A stretch of 64,000 nucleotides of DNA from Miltoncostaeaceae bacterium (lineage in GTDB: Bacteria > Actinomycetota > Thermoleophilia > Miltoncostaeales > Miltoncostaeaceae), in contig JAWVEV010000098.1 in assembly GCA_033856535.1 (NCBI GenBank), forward strand, positions 239 through 64,238. Reading direction: 5' to 3'. Below are positions 1 to 8,395 of this stretch, piece after piece. The notes under the pieces were generated by a model, which saw only the letters and a list, made by a program, of their open reading frames with translations, made no database searches and was not told where the DNA came from. The translations under genes and the position numbers were made by a program. Every line of letters begins with the position of its first letter. Position 1 is the stretch's first letter.

Positions 1-11
1 GCCCGGGCGGC

Positions 12-1565
12 GTGAGCCGCACCGAGCTGACGCCCGTCGATCTGCTCCGCCGCAGCGCCTACGTGTACCCCGACAAGGTCGCGGTGGTGCACGGCGAGCG
101 CCGCCACACCTTCGCCGGGCTGGCCGACCGCGCCGGCCGCCTCGCGGCAGCCCTGCGGGAGCGCGGCCTCGGCCGTGGCGACCGCGTCGGCATCCTCTCG
201 CCGAACACGCCCGCCCTGCTCGAGGCGCACTTCGGCGTGCCGGCCGCCGGCGGCGTGCTGGTGGCGGTCAACACCCGCCTCACGGCCGACGAGGTCGGCC
301 GGATCCTCGCGCACTCGGGCGCCGGCCTGCTGCTGGTCGACCACGAGCTGGCCCACCTGGCGCCGGCCGACCTGCCGGCGATCCGGATCGACGACACCGG
401 CCTGCCGGGCGACCCCTACGAGGACCTGCTCGCCTCGGCCGCCGGCCCCGACCTCGCGCCGCTCCTCGACGACGAGGAGGAGCCGATCTCGATCAACTAC
501 ACCTCGGGCACCACGGGCGGGCCGAAGGGCGTCGTCTACACGCACCGCGGCGCCTACCTGAACGCGATCGGCGAGGTGCTGGAGGCCGGCCTCGGGATCG
601 ACTCGGTCTATCTCTGGACCCTGCCGATGTTCCACTGCAACGGCTGGTGCTTCCCCTGGGGCGTGGTCGCCGCCGGCGGCACCCAGGTGTGCCTGCGCCG
701 GCCCGATCCGGCCCGGATCTGGAAGCTCTTCGAGGCCGAGGGCGTCACCCACCTGAACGGCGCCCCCACGCTGCACCTCTCGATCGCGACCCACGCGGCG
801 GCCCACCGCCTGGACCGCCCCGTGAGCGTCATGGTCGCCGCCGCGCCCCCCTCGCCCACGCTGCTGGCCCGGCTCGAGCAGCTGAACCTCCACCCCACCC
901 ACGTCTACGGGCTCACCGAGACCTACGGCCCGCACACGGTCTACGCGCGCCGGCCGGGCTTCGAGGACCTGCCCGACGAGGAGCGCGCGACCCGCCTCGC
1001 CCGCCAGGGCCAGGCCTACCCGATCGCCGACCTGGTGCGGGTGGTGGACGAGGCCGGCGCGGACGTCGCCCGCGACGGCGCCACCCCCGGCGAGGTCTGC
1101 ATGCGCGGTAACAACGTCATGGCCGGCTACTACCGCGACCCCGAGGCCACCGCCGCCGCCTTCCGCGGCGGCTGGTTCCACTCGGGCGACGTGGCCGTCT
1201 GGCACCCGGATGGCGACATCGAGCTCCGCGACCGCAAGAAGGATGTGATCATCTCGGGCGGCGAGAACATCTCGACCATCGAGGTGGAGCAGGCCGTCGT
1301 GCGCCACCCGGCGGTGCTCGAGTGCGCCGTGATCGCGATCCCGGACGAGCGCTGGGGCGAGCGGCCGAAGGCCTTCGTGACGCTCCGCGACGGCGGCGCG
1401 GTCACCGAGGAGGAGCTGATCGCGTTCTGCCGGGAGCGGCTCGCCCACTTCAAGTGCCCGGTGGCGGTGGCGTTCGGCGAGCTGCCGAAGACCTCCACCG
1501 GCAAGGTGCAGAAGTTCGTCCTCCGCGAGGCGGAGTGGGCCGGGCGCGAGAAGCGGATCAACTGA
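12..1565 (+). CDS. AMP-dependent acyl-CoA synthetase/ligase
   Basis: 517-aa ORF from GTG. AMP-binding signature INYTSGTTGGPKGVVYTHRG, hinge DRKKDVIISGGENIS and C-terminal PKTSTGKVQKF. Strong G/C third-position bias. Confidence 0.9.
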   Translation: MSRTELTPVDLLRRSAYVYPDKVAVVHGERRHTFAGLADRAGRLAAALRERGLGRGDRVGILSPNTPALLEAHFGVPAAGGVLVAVNTRLTADEVGRILAHSGAGLLLVDHELAHLAPADLPAIRIDDTGLPGDPYEDLLASAAGPDLAPLLDDEEEPISINYTSGTTGGPKGVVYTHRGAYLNAIGEVLEAGLGIDSVYLWTLPMFHCNGWCFPWGVVAAGGTQVCLRRPDPARIWKLFEAEGVTHLNGAPTLHLSIATHAAAHRLDRPVSVMVAAAPPSPTLLARLEQLNLHPTHVYGLTETYGPHTVYARRPGFEDLPDEERATRLARQGQAYPIADLVRVVDEAGADVARDGATPGEVCMRGNNVMAGYYRDPEATAAAFRGGWFHSGDVAVWHPDGDIELRDRKKDVIISGGENISTIEVEQAVVRHPAVLECAVIAIPDERWGERPKAFVTLRDGGAVTEEELIAFCRERLAHFKCPVAVAFGELPKTSTGKVQKFVLREAEWAGREKRIN

Positions 1566-2713
1566 GCGCGCCGGCCGACCTCGACGCGCTGGTCTTCGGC
1601 CGGCCGGGCCTGCCGCGCGCGGTGCTGCTGCACGGCGACGTGAGCGGCGCCGAGGCCACCTGGAGCCGCCAGGAGCCGCTCGGCGAGCGCTTCCACGTGA
1701 TCGCGCCGGACCGGCGCGGCTACGGCCTCAGCCCGCCGACCGAGCGCGAGGACTTCGAGATCGACGCCGGCGACGCCATCGCCCTGCTCGGCGACGGCGG
1801 GCACCTGGCCGGCCACTCCTACGGCGCCGTGATCGCCCTGGTCGCGGCCGCGCGGCGCCCGGAGCTGGTGCGCAGCCTCTGCCTGATCGAGCCGCCGGCC
1901 TTCGCGTTCGCCCGCGAGAACCCGGCCGTCGCCGAGCTCTTCGCCCGCCAGACCGTCCTGTTCGCCGGCGGCCCGGACGTGACCGACGAGGACTTCCTGG
2001 CCGGCTTCATCGGCACCGTCGGCGGCGACCCCGAGCGGGTGCCGCGCCCGCTCACGCCGCTGCTGGCCCAGCACACCAAGGTGCTGCGCGGCTTCCGCCA
2101 CCCCGGCGAGGCCGAGGTCGACCTGGCGGCCCTGGCCGCCCACGCGATCCCCACGCTCGTGATCTCGGGCGGCCACTCTCCCGCCTTCGACGCCATCTGC
2201 GACGCCATCGCCGAGGGGCTGGGCGCGGAGCGGATGTCGATTCCCGGCGCCAAGCACAACATCCCGCGCATGGCCGAGGAGCTGAACCGGGCGCTGGCGG
2301 AGCTCTGGACCGGCGGCGGCGCGCGGCGCCTGGTGGCCGCCCCGGGGGTCCCCGTCCTCCTGGTCGACACCATCTCCGCCCTCCGCGACGGCGACGAGGC
2401 GCTGGTGGTGGTGTCGGGGTCGCACGGCGGGGTCAGCGCCGGCGAGCTCGCTCGCGGACGCGGTCTGCGCGCCGTGTTCTTCAACGACGCCGGCGTGGGC
2501 AAGGACGACGCCGGCGTGGCGGCCCTGGCGATGCTCGACGCCGAGGGCACCCCGGCCGGCGCGGTGGACCACCGCAGCGCCCGCATCGGCGACGCGCGCG
2601 ACGCCTGGCTCGGCGGGGTGCTCTCGCACGTCAACGCCGCCGCGCAGCGGCTCGGCCTCGTGCCGGGCGAGCCGCTGCGCGCGGCGGTGGCGCGCACGTT
2701 CGGCGGGGCTTAG
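1535..2713 (+). CDS. alpha/beta-fold hydrolase fused to a ~130-aa C-terminal domain I do not recognise
   Basis: Hydrolase core AVLLHGD, RRGYG and nucleophile elbow GHSYG. The 5' end is uncertain: GTG 1535, CTG 1562 overlapping the upstream TGA, or GTG 1622. The C-terminal part (VVVSGSHGG...VFFNDAGVGKDDAG...HRSARIGDARD) is in the same frame with no stop. Confidence 0.75.
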   Translation: MGRAREADQLSAPADLDALVFGRPGLPRAVLLHGDVSGAEATWSRQEPLGERFHVIAPDRRGYGLSPPTEREDFEIDAGDAIALLGDGGHLAGHSYGAVIALVAAARRPELVRSLCLIEPPAFAFARENPAVAELFARQTVLFAGGPDVTDEDFLAGFIGTVGGDPERVPRPLTPLLAQHTKVLRGFRHPGEAEVDLAALAAHAIPTLVISGGHSPAFDAICDAIAEGLGAERMSIPGAKHNIPRMAEELNRALAELWTGGGARRLVAAPGVPVLLVDTISALRDGDEALVVVSGSHGGVSAGELARGRGLRAVFFNDAGVGKDDAGVAALAMLDAEGTPAGAVDHRSARIGDARDAWLGGVLSHVNAAAQRLGLVPGEPLRAAVARTFGGA

Positions 2714-3198
2714 CCCTCCTCGAGCGGGTCCTCCTCGCCGGCCAGGGCCAGCGCGGTCTGGCGCACGTCGGCGAAATGCCGCTGCTGGATGGGGATGGCG
2801 AACTCGGTGAGCTTGGCGACCGCGTCCTCGCGGGCCTTCTCGTTGAGCGTCTCCAGCACCTCCCAGTGCCCGAGCTCGCCCGCCTCGGCCATGATCAGGA
2901 ACTCGAAGCCGTCGAGCGGCTCGGCGTCCTCGCCGAGGTAGGTCCGCATCATCTCGGTGGCCTCCTTGCGGGTCTCGCGGGCCTTCTCGAGGATCGCCGT
3001 CTTGCGGCCCTCGAAGGCGCCGAGCGAGTCCTCGCACCGGCGCGCGGTCTCCTCGGCCTCCTCGCGCATCCGCTGGAGCAGCTCCTTGCGCTCTCCGTCG
3101 TCCAGCAGCCCCTCGACCTTCTTGGTCGCGTCCTTCGCCGCCTGGGCCAGCCCCAGCACCTCGGCCAGCTTCTCGTCCAACGGCCGCAGCTCCGCCAT
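2710..3198 (-). CDS. hypothetical all-helical acidic protein (possibly ferritin-like/DUF892-like four-helix bundle)
   Basis: 162-aa ORF with ATG start and good codon bias. Glu/Lys-rich helices and a FLIMAEAGELGHWEVLE segment. Functional assignment is weak. Its stop overlaps the upstream plus-strand stop (TTAG). Confidence 0.7.
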   Translation of the reverse strand: MAELRPLDEKLAEVLGLAQAAKDATKKVEGLLDDGERKELLQRMREEAEETARRCEDSLGAFEGRKTAILEKARETRKEATEMMRTYLGEDAEPLDGFEFLIMAEAGELGHWEVLETLNEKAREDAVAKLTEFAIPIQQRHFADVRQTALALAGEEDPLEEG

Positions 3199-3282
3199 CT
3201 CCGCCTCCCGTGTCGTGTCGGATCTGGCGACCGAGATACCCCGAAGGCGACCGCGTCATCCCCGGCGGGCCGGGGACGGTCG

Positions 3283-3582
3283 TCAGGACGTCGCGGGGGC
3301 CTCGCGCAGGCGCCGGCGGAGCACCAGATCCCCGACGACGGTGCCGATCGGACCGCCGGTGACCAGCACGACCAGCGGGAACCACCAGCCCCAGAGGCGG
3401 CGGATCGCGCCGTGGGTGGTCAGATACAGCAGCGCCACGAAGCCGATCCCGTGCACCGGGCCCAGCACGTGGACCGCCGAGTCGCTGCGGTCGACGAAGG
3501 CGACGTAGAGCAGGACGAGCAGCAGGAGCGCGTCGGCCAGGCCGACGGCGAGGACGATGTTCAGCAGGCGGGGTCGGGTCAT
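3283..3582 (-). CDS. small integral membrane protein (DUF3817-like)
   Basis: Internal ATG (MTRPRLLNIVLAVGL...) chosen over the ORF-track start. Three to four hydrophobic helices with a GPVHGIGF...LWGWWFPLVVLVTGGPIG pattern. Confidence 0.7.
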   Translation of the reverse strand: MTRPRLLNIVLAVGLADALLLLVLLYVAFVDRSDSAVHVLGPVHGIGFVALLYLTTHGAIRRLWGWWFPLVVLVTGGPIGTVVGDLVLRRRLREAPATS

Positions 3583-3815
3583 GCCTCGACGGTAGACCCG
3601 CGCCGCGCCGCCGGCTCCCCGCGCGGGACGGATGACCCGTCCACAGCCCTTGCGCCCAAGGGCCGCTACCATCCGGCCTCGTGGCGTCGCACGGTCCGGC
3701 CCCCGCGCCCGACCACGGCGGTCCCCCCGACCGTCGCCCTGCCGCCACGCCCGCCGTGACTCTCGGCGCCCCCGGCGGGCCCCAACGGATCGGGCGCCGG
3801 CGACCGGGAGCGCGC

Positions 3816-4748
3816 ATGATCGAGGTCGAGGGCCTCACCAAACGGTTCGGCAACAAGCTGGCCGTGGACGACCTGACGTTCTCGGTGCGGCCCGGGATGG
3901 TGACCGGGTTCCTCGGGCCGAACGGGGCCGGCAAGTCCACCACGATGCGGATGATCCTGGGCCTCGACCGGCCCACCGCCGGCACGGCCCTGGTCGGCGG
4001 CCGGCCCTACGACGTCGTGTCCGGACCGATGCACGAGGTCGGCGCCCTGCTCGACGCCAAGGACGTGCACGGCGGCCGCACCGCGCGCAACCATCTGCGC
4101 GCCCTGGCCCAGAGCAACGGCCTCCCGCGGGCGCGGGTGGACGAGGTGCTCGAGATCGCCGGCATCACGAGCGTCGCGAAGAAGCGCATCAAGGGCTTCT
4201 CGCTCGGCATGAACCAGCGGCTCGGCATCGCCGCCGCGCTGCTCGGCGATCCCGAGGTGCTGATGTTCGACGAGCCGGTCAACGGGCTCGACCCCGAGGG
4301 CATCCAGTGGATCCGCAACCTCATGCGCCGGCTGGCGTCCGAGGGGCGAACGGTCTTCGTCTCGAGCCACCTGATGAGCGAGATGGCCCAGACCGCGGAC
4401 CACCTGATCGTGATCGGGCGCGGGCGCCTGATCGCCGACCTGTCGGTCGCCGACTTCATCCGCAAGAGCTCCTCCAACCACGTCAAGGTGCGCTCGCCCC
4501 AGGGCGACCGGCTGGCCGAGCTGCTGACGGCGCGCGGCGTGACGACCAGCGCCGACAACGGCTACCTGCTGGTGCAGAACCTCGACACGGCCTCGGTGGG
4601 CGACCTCGCCGCCGAGAACCGCATCACCATCCACGAGCTGTTCGAGGAGAAGGCCACCCTGGAGGCGGCCTTCATGGAGCTGACGCGCGACAGCGTCGAG
4701 TACCAGGCCGGCGCACCCGGCGCCGCCACCGCGGGGGAGGCCCGATGA
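3816..4748 (+). CDS. ABC transporter ATP-binding protein (ABC-2/daunorubicin-type exporter)
   Basis: Starts at ATG 3816 (MIEVEGLTKRFG). Walker A GPNGAGKST, signature FSLGMNQRLGIA, Walker B VLMFDEP. Confidence 0.92.
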   Translation: MIEVEGLTKRFGNKLAVDDLTFSVRPGMVTGFLGPNGAGKSTTMRMILGLDRPTAGTALVGGRPYDVVSGPMHEVGALLDAKDVHGGRTARNHLRALAQSNGLPRARVDEVLEIAGITSVAKKRIKGFSLGMNQRLGIAAALLGDPEVLMFDEPVNGLDPEGIQWIRNLMRRLASEGRTVFVSSHLMSEMAQTADHLIVIGRGRLIADLSVADFIRKSSSNHVKVRSPQGDRLAELLTARGVTTSADNGYLLVQNLDTASVGDLAAENRITIHELFEEKATLEAAFMELTRDSVEYQAGAPGAATAGEAR

Positions 4749-5566
4749 GCACCACCACCGCGGGAGGCGCGCCCGTCGTGAACGCCTCGGCCTCGCTCCC
4801 GAACGTCATGCGGGCGGAGTGGATCAAGCTGTGGTCCCTCCGCTCGACCTACTGGACGCTCGGCACCCTGGTCGTGGTCTCGATCGGGCTCACGATCCTC
4901 AGCACCTGGATCACCGCCCGGAACTGGGACGGCACCGACCCGGCCGACAAGGCGACGTTCAACCCGACGGACATCACCCAGGGCTTCGGCCTCTTCCTCG
5001 GGATGCTCTTCATCAGCGTGCTCGGCGTGCTGGTGATCAGCGGCGAGTACTCGACGGGCGGCATCCGCACCACGCTGACCGCGGTGCCCCAGCGGATGAC
5101 CCTTCTCGGGGCGAAGGCGGCCGTCTTCCTGGCCGTGGCGCTCGGCGTCAACCTGGTGATCGCCTTCGGCAGCTTCTTCGTGGGCTCGTTCTTCCTGTCG
5201 GCCGAGGACATCCAGGCCTCGCTCGGCGACGACGGCGTCTTCCGGGCCGTGCTCGGCGGGGCGCTCTTCGTCACCGGTTGCGGCCTGTTCTCCTTCGCCC
5301 TGGGGGCGCTGCTGCGGCGAACCGCGGCCGGCATCACCGCGGCGCTCGGCGGGCTGCTGGTGGTCCCCACACTCGGGGCGCTGCTCCCCGGCAGCTGGGG
5401 CGACCGCGTGAACGACTACATCATCACCAACGCCGGCAGCCAGATCGCCCAGGTCGACGCGGACCCGGACGCCCTCGCCCCCTGGACCGGCTACCTGGTC
5501 TTCCTCATCTGGGGCGTCGGGCTGCTCGTGATCGCGGCCGTCATGATGCAGCGCCGGGACGCCTAA
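4745..5566 (+). CDS. ABC-2 family transporter permease
   Basis: ATG 4745 overlaps the ATPase stop (ATGA). Polytopic hydrophobic protein (WIKLWSLRSTYWTLG...), about 6 TM segments. Confidence 0.85.
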   Translation: MSTTTAGGAPVVNASASLPNVMRAEWIKLWSLRSTYWTLGTLVVVSIGLTILSTWITARNWDGTDPADKATFNPTDITQGFGLFLGMLFISVLGVLVISGEYSTGGIRTTLTAVPQRMTLLGAKAAVFLAVALGVNLVIAFGSFFVGSFFLSAEDIQASLGDDGVFRAVLGGALFVTGCGLFSFALGALLRRTAAGITAALGGLLVVPTLGALLPGSWGDRVNDYIITNAGSQIAQVDADPDALAPWTGYLVFLIWGVGLLVIAAVMMQRRDA

Positions 5567-5584
5567 AAACGCAGCGCGGGTCCC

Positions 5585-5621
5585 GGGGACGGGCGGGGAT
5601 AGACTCGCCCCGCTCGTCCCC
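5585..5621 (+). terminator. GC-rich hairpin after the ABC operon (candidate intrinsic terminator, no U-tract)
   Basis: GGGGACGGGCGGGG-N9-CCCCGCTCGTCCCC forms a 14-bp stem with one G.U pair, 19 nt after the TAA at 5564-5566. Confidence 0.4.
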
Positions 5622-5639
5622 GAGGAGAGGCCCGCCGAC

Positions 5640-6311
5640 GTGAACGCCCTCGAAGCCATCCGCAAGCGGCGCACGGTCCGCCGCTACACCGATCGACCGG
5701 TCGCCGACGAGGACCTGGACAAGCTTCTTCGGCTGGCGCTGCTCGCGCCGACCGGCGGCGGGGCGCAGGCCTGGAGCCTGATCGTGGTGCGCGAGGAGGA
5801 GCAGCGCCGCGCGCTCGCCGAGATCATCATCCGCGGCGGCGCCGAGTACTTCAAAACGGTCCGGCCGCCGGCCGAGGGGCGCAGCGCCGAGGAGCACGCC
5901 CAGTGGGCGCGCGACTACGCCGAGACCGCGCTCGGCACCTACCGCCACGTGCCGGTCTGGATCGCCGGGCTGCGCCTGAAGCGCGGCGCCTTCCCCGACG
6001 ACGCGCGCCACCAGCTCATGGAGCGCGACGCCGACGTCATCTCGGTCGCCTTCGCGATGGAGAACCTCTACGTCGCCGCGCGGGCCATGGGCCTCGGCAC
6101 CGCGCCGACGGTCTTCCACTGGTTCCTCGAGGACGAGTTCAACGCGCTGCTGGGCATCGACCCCGCGGCCGGCCTCGAGACCCCGCTGGTCACGCCCCTC
6201 GGCTACCCCGAGGAGTTCCCGGTGGGGCTGCCGCCCGCGCTGGCCAAGATCCGCCGGCCGTGGCGGACGCTGGTGCACGACGAGCGCTGGGGGCACCCGC
6301 GCCAGAGCTGA
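5640..6311 (+). CDS. nitroreductase family protein
   Basis: GTG start preceded by GAGGAGAGG. N-terminal ALEAIRKRRTVRRYTDRPV motif typical of FMN nitroreductases. 223 aa. Confidence 0.88.
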   Translation: MNALEAIRKRRTVRRYTDRPVADEDLDKLLRLALLAPTGGGAQAWSLIVVREEEQRRALAEIIIRGGAEYFKTVRPPAEGRSAEEHAQWARDYAETALGTYRHVPVWIAGLRLKRGAFPDDARHQLMERDADVISVAFAMENLYVAARAMGLGTAPTVFHWFLEDEFNALLGIDPAAGLETPLVTPLGYPEEFPVGLPPALAKIRRPWRTLVHDERWGHPRQS

Positions 6312-7411
6312 CGCAGCTCTCCCTCCGCGCCCTCAACCGGGCCACCCTCGCGCGCCAGCTCCTGCTGGCGCGCGAGGCGATCCCGGTCCCCGAGGCGCTC
6401 GAGCGGGTCGGCGGGCTGCAGGCGCAGGAGCCGAAGCCGCCGTTCGCCGCCCTCTGGAGCCGGATCGAGGGTTTCGCGCGGGAGGACCTGCTCGCCGCCC
6501 TGCACGACCGGACGGCGGTGCGGGCGACGCTGATGCGGGCGACGCTGCACACGATGAGCGCCGCCGACGTCGCGGAGCTGCGGCCGGCGCTGCAGCCCAT
6601 GCTGACGCAGGCCCTGCGGGTGCTCGGCGACCGGGCCGAGGGGCTGGACTCCGCCGGCGCCCTGAAGGCCGCCCGGAAGGCGCTGAAGGATGGCCCGCGC
6701 ACGGCCGCCGAGCTGCGCGACGCGCTCGGGGAGGCCTTTCCGGACGCCGACGTGCGCGCCCTGGGCTACGCCGTCCGCACCCAGCTCCCGCTGGTGATGG
6801 TCCCGACCGAGGACCGCTGGGGCTTCCCGGCCTCGGCCCGGTTCACCATGGCCGAGGAGTGGCTGGGCCGGCCCCTCAAGAACCCCGGGCCGGAGGCGGT
6901 CGTGCTGCGCCACCTGGCGGCCTTCGGCCCGGCGACGGCCGCCGACGTGCAGACCTGGTCCGGGCTGGGCGGCCTGAAGCCCGTACTGGAGGCGCTGCGG
7001 CCGAAGCTCGCGACGTTCCGCGACGAGGGCGGCCGGGAGCTGTTCGACCTGCCCGACGCCCCGCGCCCCGACGAGGACGTCCCGGCGCCGGCGCGCTTCC
7101 TGCCCGAGTTCGACAGCCTGATGCTGGCGCATGCCGACCGCACGCGGGTGGTCGCCGAGGAACATCGCAAGGGGCTGGTGACCAAGAACCTGCGCGTGCG
7201 CGCGGTCTTCCTCTGGGACGGCTTCGCCGCGGGCACGTGGACCTCCGTCCGGAAGGGCAAGGCGGCCGAGATCACCGCCGTGCCCTTCGCCCGGCTCCCC
7301 AAGGGGGCGACGGCGGCGCTGCGCGAGGAGGGGGAGGCGCTGCTGGCATTCCTGGAGCCGGATGCGTCCGCGCGAAAGGTGACCGTGACACGCCCGGGGG
7401 CGCCGACGTAG
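6260..7411 (+). CDS. winged-helix DNA-binding domain protein (YcaQ/DUF1006-like, crosslink-repair glycosylase family)
   Basis: LSLRALNRATLARQLLL...VGGLQAQEP...RATLMRATLHT pattern. Start uncertain: GTG 6260, or CTG 6308 overlapping the nitroreductase TGA. Confidence 0.72.
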   Translation: MADAGARRALGAPAPELTQLSLRALNRATLARQLLLAREAIPVPEALERVGGLQAQEPKPPFAALWSRIEGFAREDLLAALHDRTAVRATLMRATLHTMSAADVAELRPALQPMLTQALRVLGDRAEGLDSAGALKAARKALKDGPRTAAELRDALGEAFPDADVRALGYAVRTQLPLVMVPTEDRWGFPASARFTMAEEWLGRPLKNPGPEAVVLRHLAAFGPATAADVQTWSGLGGLKPVLEALRPKLATFRDEGGRELFDLPDAPRPDEDVPAPARFLPEFDSLMLAHADRTRVVAEEHRKGLVTKNLRVRAVFLWDGFAAGTWTSVRKGKAAEITAVPFARLPKGATAALREEGEALLAFLEPDASARKVTVTRPGAPT

Positions 7412-7473
7412 AGGAACGGGAACCGTCGGAGCCAAAGGGCCCCGCGGGATCACACACGTCGAGGGGGAATCGG

Positions 7474-7995
7474 ATGAAGCGCGCCGCCGGACTGGGAGCA
7501 CTCGTGGGACTCTGCGCCGCCTTGGCGGCCGCGCCGGCGTTGGCCGGCACGACGGCCGACGGCCTCGTGACCCTGGACGGCGTCTCCGGCGCGACCCCTG
7601 GGATGAGCCCGGCCCAGGTGGCCGACGCGCTCGGTGCCCCGGTGAAGCTCACCGGCCCCGCGGCCGACGTGTGCCGCGTCGCCAAGATCGCCGCCGGCCC
7701 GCTGCGCGGATACGCGATCTTCGAGGGCGGGAAGCTCGGCGCGCTCTTCTTCGAGAAGGGCGCCCACACGGGCAAGGGCATCAGGATCGGCTCGAGGGCG
7801 GCCGACCTGCAGGCGGCCTACGGCGAGCGCCTGCGCTCGCGGCCGGACAAGTACGTGCCCGGCGCGCGCAACATGTTCGTCCGCCGCGCCAGGTCGCCGC
7901 ACTGGGAGCTGCGGTTCGACGTCAGCAAGGCCGGCAAGGTGACCACCATCGCGCAGGGCGCGAGGCAGGTCCGCTACGTGGAGGCCTGCAGCTAG
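7474..7995 (+). CDS. secreted hypothetical protein
   Basis: ATG 7474 with GAGGGGG 7 nt upstream. Signal peptide MKRAAGLGALVGLCAALAAAPALAG. No recognisable domain. Confidence 0.7.
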   Translation: MKRAAGLGALVGLCAALAAAPALAGTTADGLVTLDGVSGATPGMSPAQVADALGAPVKLTGPAADVCRVAKIAAGPLRGYAIFEGGKLGALFFEKGAHTGKGIRIGSRAADLQAAYGERLRSRPDKYVPGARNMFVRRARSPHWELRFDVSKAGKVTTIAQGARQVRYVEACS

Positions 7996-8276
7996 CCCGT
8001 CAGCCGATCGGGGGGCGGCCCGCCCAGGCGGCCGTCCCGCCCGATCGCTCCGAAGCGCGCCTGGCCGCCGCGCATGTGCACGTCGCGGACCACCCCGAAG
8101 ATCAGCTCCTGGCGCTCGTCGCGGTCGAGCTCCTCGAGCTGGCGCACCTGCTCGGGCGAGGCGCTGACGTCCCCGGCCTCGGCGAGCGCGCGCAGCGGGT
8201 CCTCGATCAGCGCGTCGCGGAAGCGGGGGTCGGCGACCGTGCGGACCCAGATCGATGTCGGCTCGACCGCTGCCAT
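7992..8276 (-). CDS. small protein with an NHLP/nitrile-hydratase-alpha-leader-like N-terminus
   Basis: 94 aa. WVRTVADPRFRDALIEDPLRALAEAGDV resembles the DPxF(K/R)xxLxxDPxxAL leader motif. Gly-rich tail containing two GG pairs. Stop shares CTAG with gene 7474-7995. Confidence 0.6.
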   Translation of the reverse strand: MAAVEPTSIWVRTVADPRFRDALIEDPLRALAEAGDVSASPEQVRQLEELDRDERQELIFGVVRDVHMRGGQARFGAIGRDGRLGGPPPDRLTG

Positions 8277-8395
8277 GGGGCATCTTGGCAGCGGAGCGCG
8301 CCGGCGCGCCCGGTTTCACGTCCGCGCAACCTCCGCCGGCGCGGGCTGGGCTACGGTCGGTCGACCCGGATGCCCCCGCCGCGAGGAGTCACTCC

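Noticed and set aside
1562-1565. CTGA start/stop overlaps as evidence for CTG initiation at 1562 (hydrolase), 6308 (YcaQ-like) and 34322 (methyltransferase).
   Set aside because: With C-ending codons dominant, ...C-TGA arises by chance. In-frame canonical alternatives exist in each case (GTG 1535/1622, GTG 6260, ATG 34259). Only the fpg, mtaB and DUF72 cases, which lack any canonical option, were reported.
1130-3985. A 951-aa minus-strand ORF, together with similar giants: 20018-23839 upstream of 20374, 43491-45263, 47477-50200 upstream of 48256, 52102-53559 upstream of 52797, and 55375-56670.
   Set aside because: Their translations are Arg/Pro/Gly/Ala low-complexity. They run antisense or out of frame to genes with clear family motifs. 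Such ORFs are the expected artefact of a very GC-rich sequence with few stop codons. Only the motif-bearing 3' segments were kept.
3632-4744. The 5' two-thirds of the 644-aa ORF 3632-5566, and the 45-codon extension of the ABC ATPase ORF from 3681.
   Set aside because: The upstream parts are PR-rich and overlap the genuine ATPase frame. The permease clearly begins at ATG 4745 (ATGA coupling) and the ATPase at ATG 3816 (MIEVEGL).
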